DNA from: Marsupella aquatica
Taxonomy: Eukaryota; Plantae; Marchantiophyta
Assembly (NCBI GenBank): GCA_973895155.1
Contig: OZ316891.1
Location: 19,803,048-19,867,047, forward strand
Length of the DNA stretch: 64,000 bases
Direction: 5' to 3'
Made by a program: the position numbers and the translations under genes. The notes below the pieces were generated by a model. That model searched no databases. It saw only the letters and a program-made list of their open reading frames with translations, and was not told where the DNA came from. Shown piece after piece: positions 63,568 through 64,000 of this stretch (position 1 is the stretch's first letter; each line of letters opens with the position of its first letter).

Positions 63568-64000
63568 ACCAAACTGCCCAAAAAATCAACCGATAAATAG
63601 ACAACTTGATCTGCAGCGCTCATCAAAAGTCACTGACATAATCAAGCTGGTGGAGAGAAAATACAGAATGCCAATGGAAAATAGAAGAATCTCACGTTTC
63701 TTCCCGGATCTCGTTGATGGGATGGTTTTGCTTTCGCCCGGGGTTTTCGACTCCTGTCTACATGCAAAACTTCTGTTTTGCAATGTTTCTACAGCTCGCT
63801 CGCCGAGGCATCTACATCTTCCGATAAACCTTGTTTCATTTCAGAGAGAACTTTCCGAGGCACTAAAGACTTTGATAATTTCAGAAATGCATCCTTTTCA
63901 ACTTCATCGAAAGGGGTGTCCCACTTATCTGTGTCAAGATACCATGGACAGTGGATTATCTCCCACAATGAAATATCATGTGGTGGAACGTCCCCTTCGG
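61633..64000 (-). pseudogene. Intron-containing beta-class N4-cytosine/N6-adenine DNA methyltransferase-like gene (N6_N4_Mtase-type fold), disabled, 5' end beyond the window. Exons approximately >64000-63696, 63506-62800, 62601-62027, 61933-61633
   Basis: The C-terminal SAM-binding block LELITRPGDIVMDWTVGSGSTFVVGDYCGRFILVIESRKEFVEIA parallels LI...T.PGD.VLDPF.GSGTT..A....GR.FIGIE...EY.EIA. The N-terminal block GVDAGFVYLPTGL..CPK*N..FFHALDPFLADDGILAILH parallels VDLI.TDPPY..W....L...G.I.I. In-frame stops at 63271, 63013 and 62527; GT-AG intron 62799-62602 is phase 0. Confidence 0.75.

Noticed and set aside
61633-64000. Bacterial contamination as the source of the methyltransferase
   Set aside because: The gene has GT-AG introns, plant-TE neighbours and transition-type decay, so it is integrated eukaryotic sequence.

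Overview
Eukaryotic land-plant genomic DNA (spliceosomal GT-AG introns, an R2R3-MYB, AAACCCT telo-boxes, Copia/Gypsy remnants). It is probably a non-seed plant such as a liverwort; this is inference from gene and TE types. The left ~30 kb holds two host genes: the last exon of a subgroup-14-like (RAX/GCAM1-type) R2R3-MYB and a complete 14-exon MTR4 DExH helicase on the minus strand. It also holds a Copia solo LTR with a perfect TSD, a Sec61-alpha pseudogene fragment and small tandem repeats. From ~30.2 kb onward the window is a nest of decayed mobile elements: a Mutator-like DDE transposase, Copia gag, Gypsy gag-pol and a Copia 3' LTR. Three multi-gene cassettes there are unusual. (i) 39-43.4 kb: a spliced ParB/Sulfiredoxin-like (SGQH motif) gene converging on a Crypton-type tyrosine-recombinase N-terminal remnant that the ORF track misses. 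(ii) 52.6-58.3 kb: unknown genes plus an F-box-like ORF, carrying an array of the palindrome GCGATAAATTTATCGC. (iii) 60.3-64 kb: an intron-containing, bacterial-type beta-class N4C/N6A DNA methyltransferase-like pseudogene, punctuated by six copies of the palindrome TAGCGCCNGGCGCTA. The best candidate for a new system is a family of large cargo-carrying plant mobile elements encoding ParB-like and/or amino-methyltransferase proteins, possibly mobilised by a tyrosine recombinase. All homology calls are from motif recognition by eye; no database search was run.
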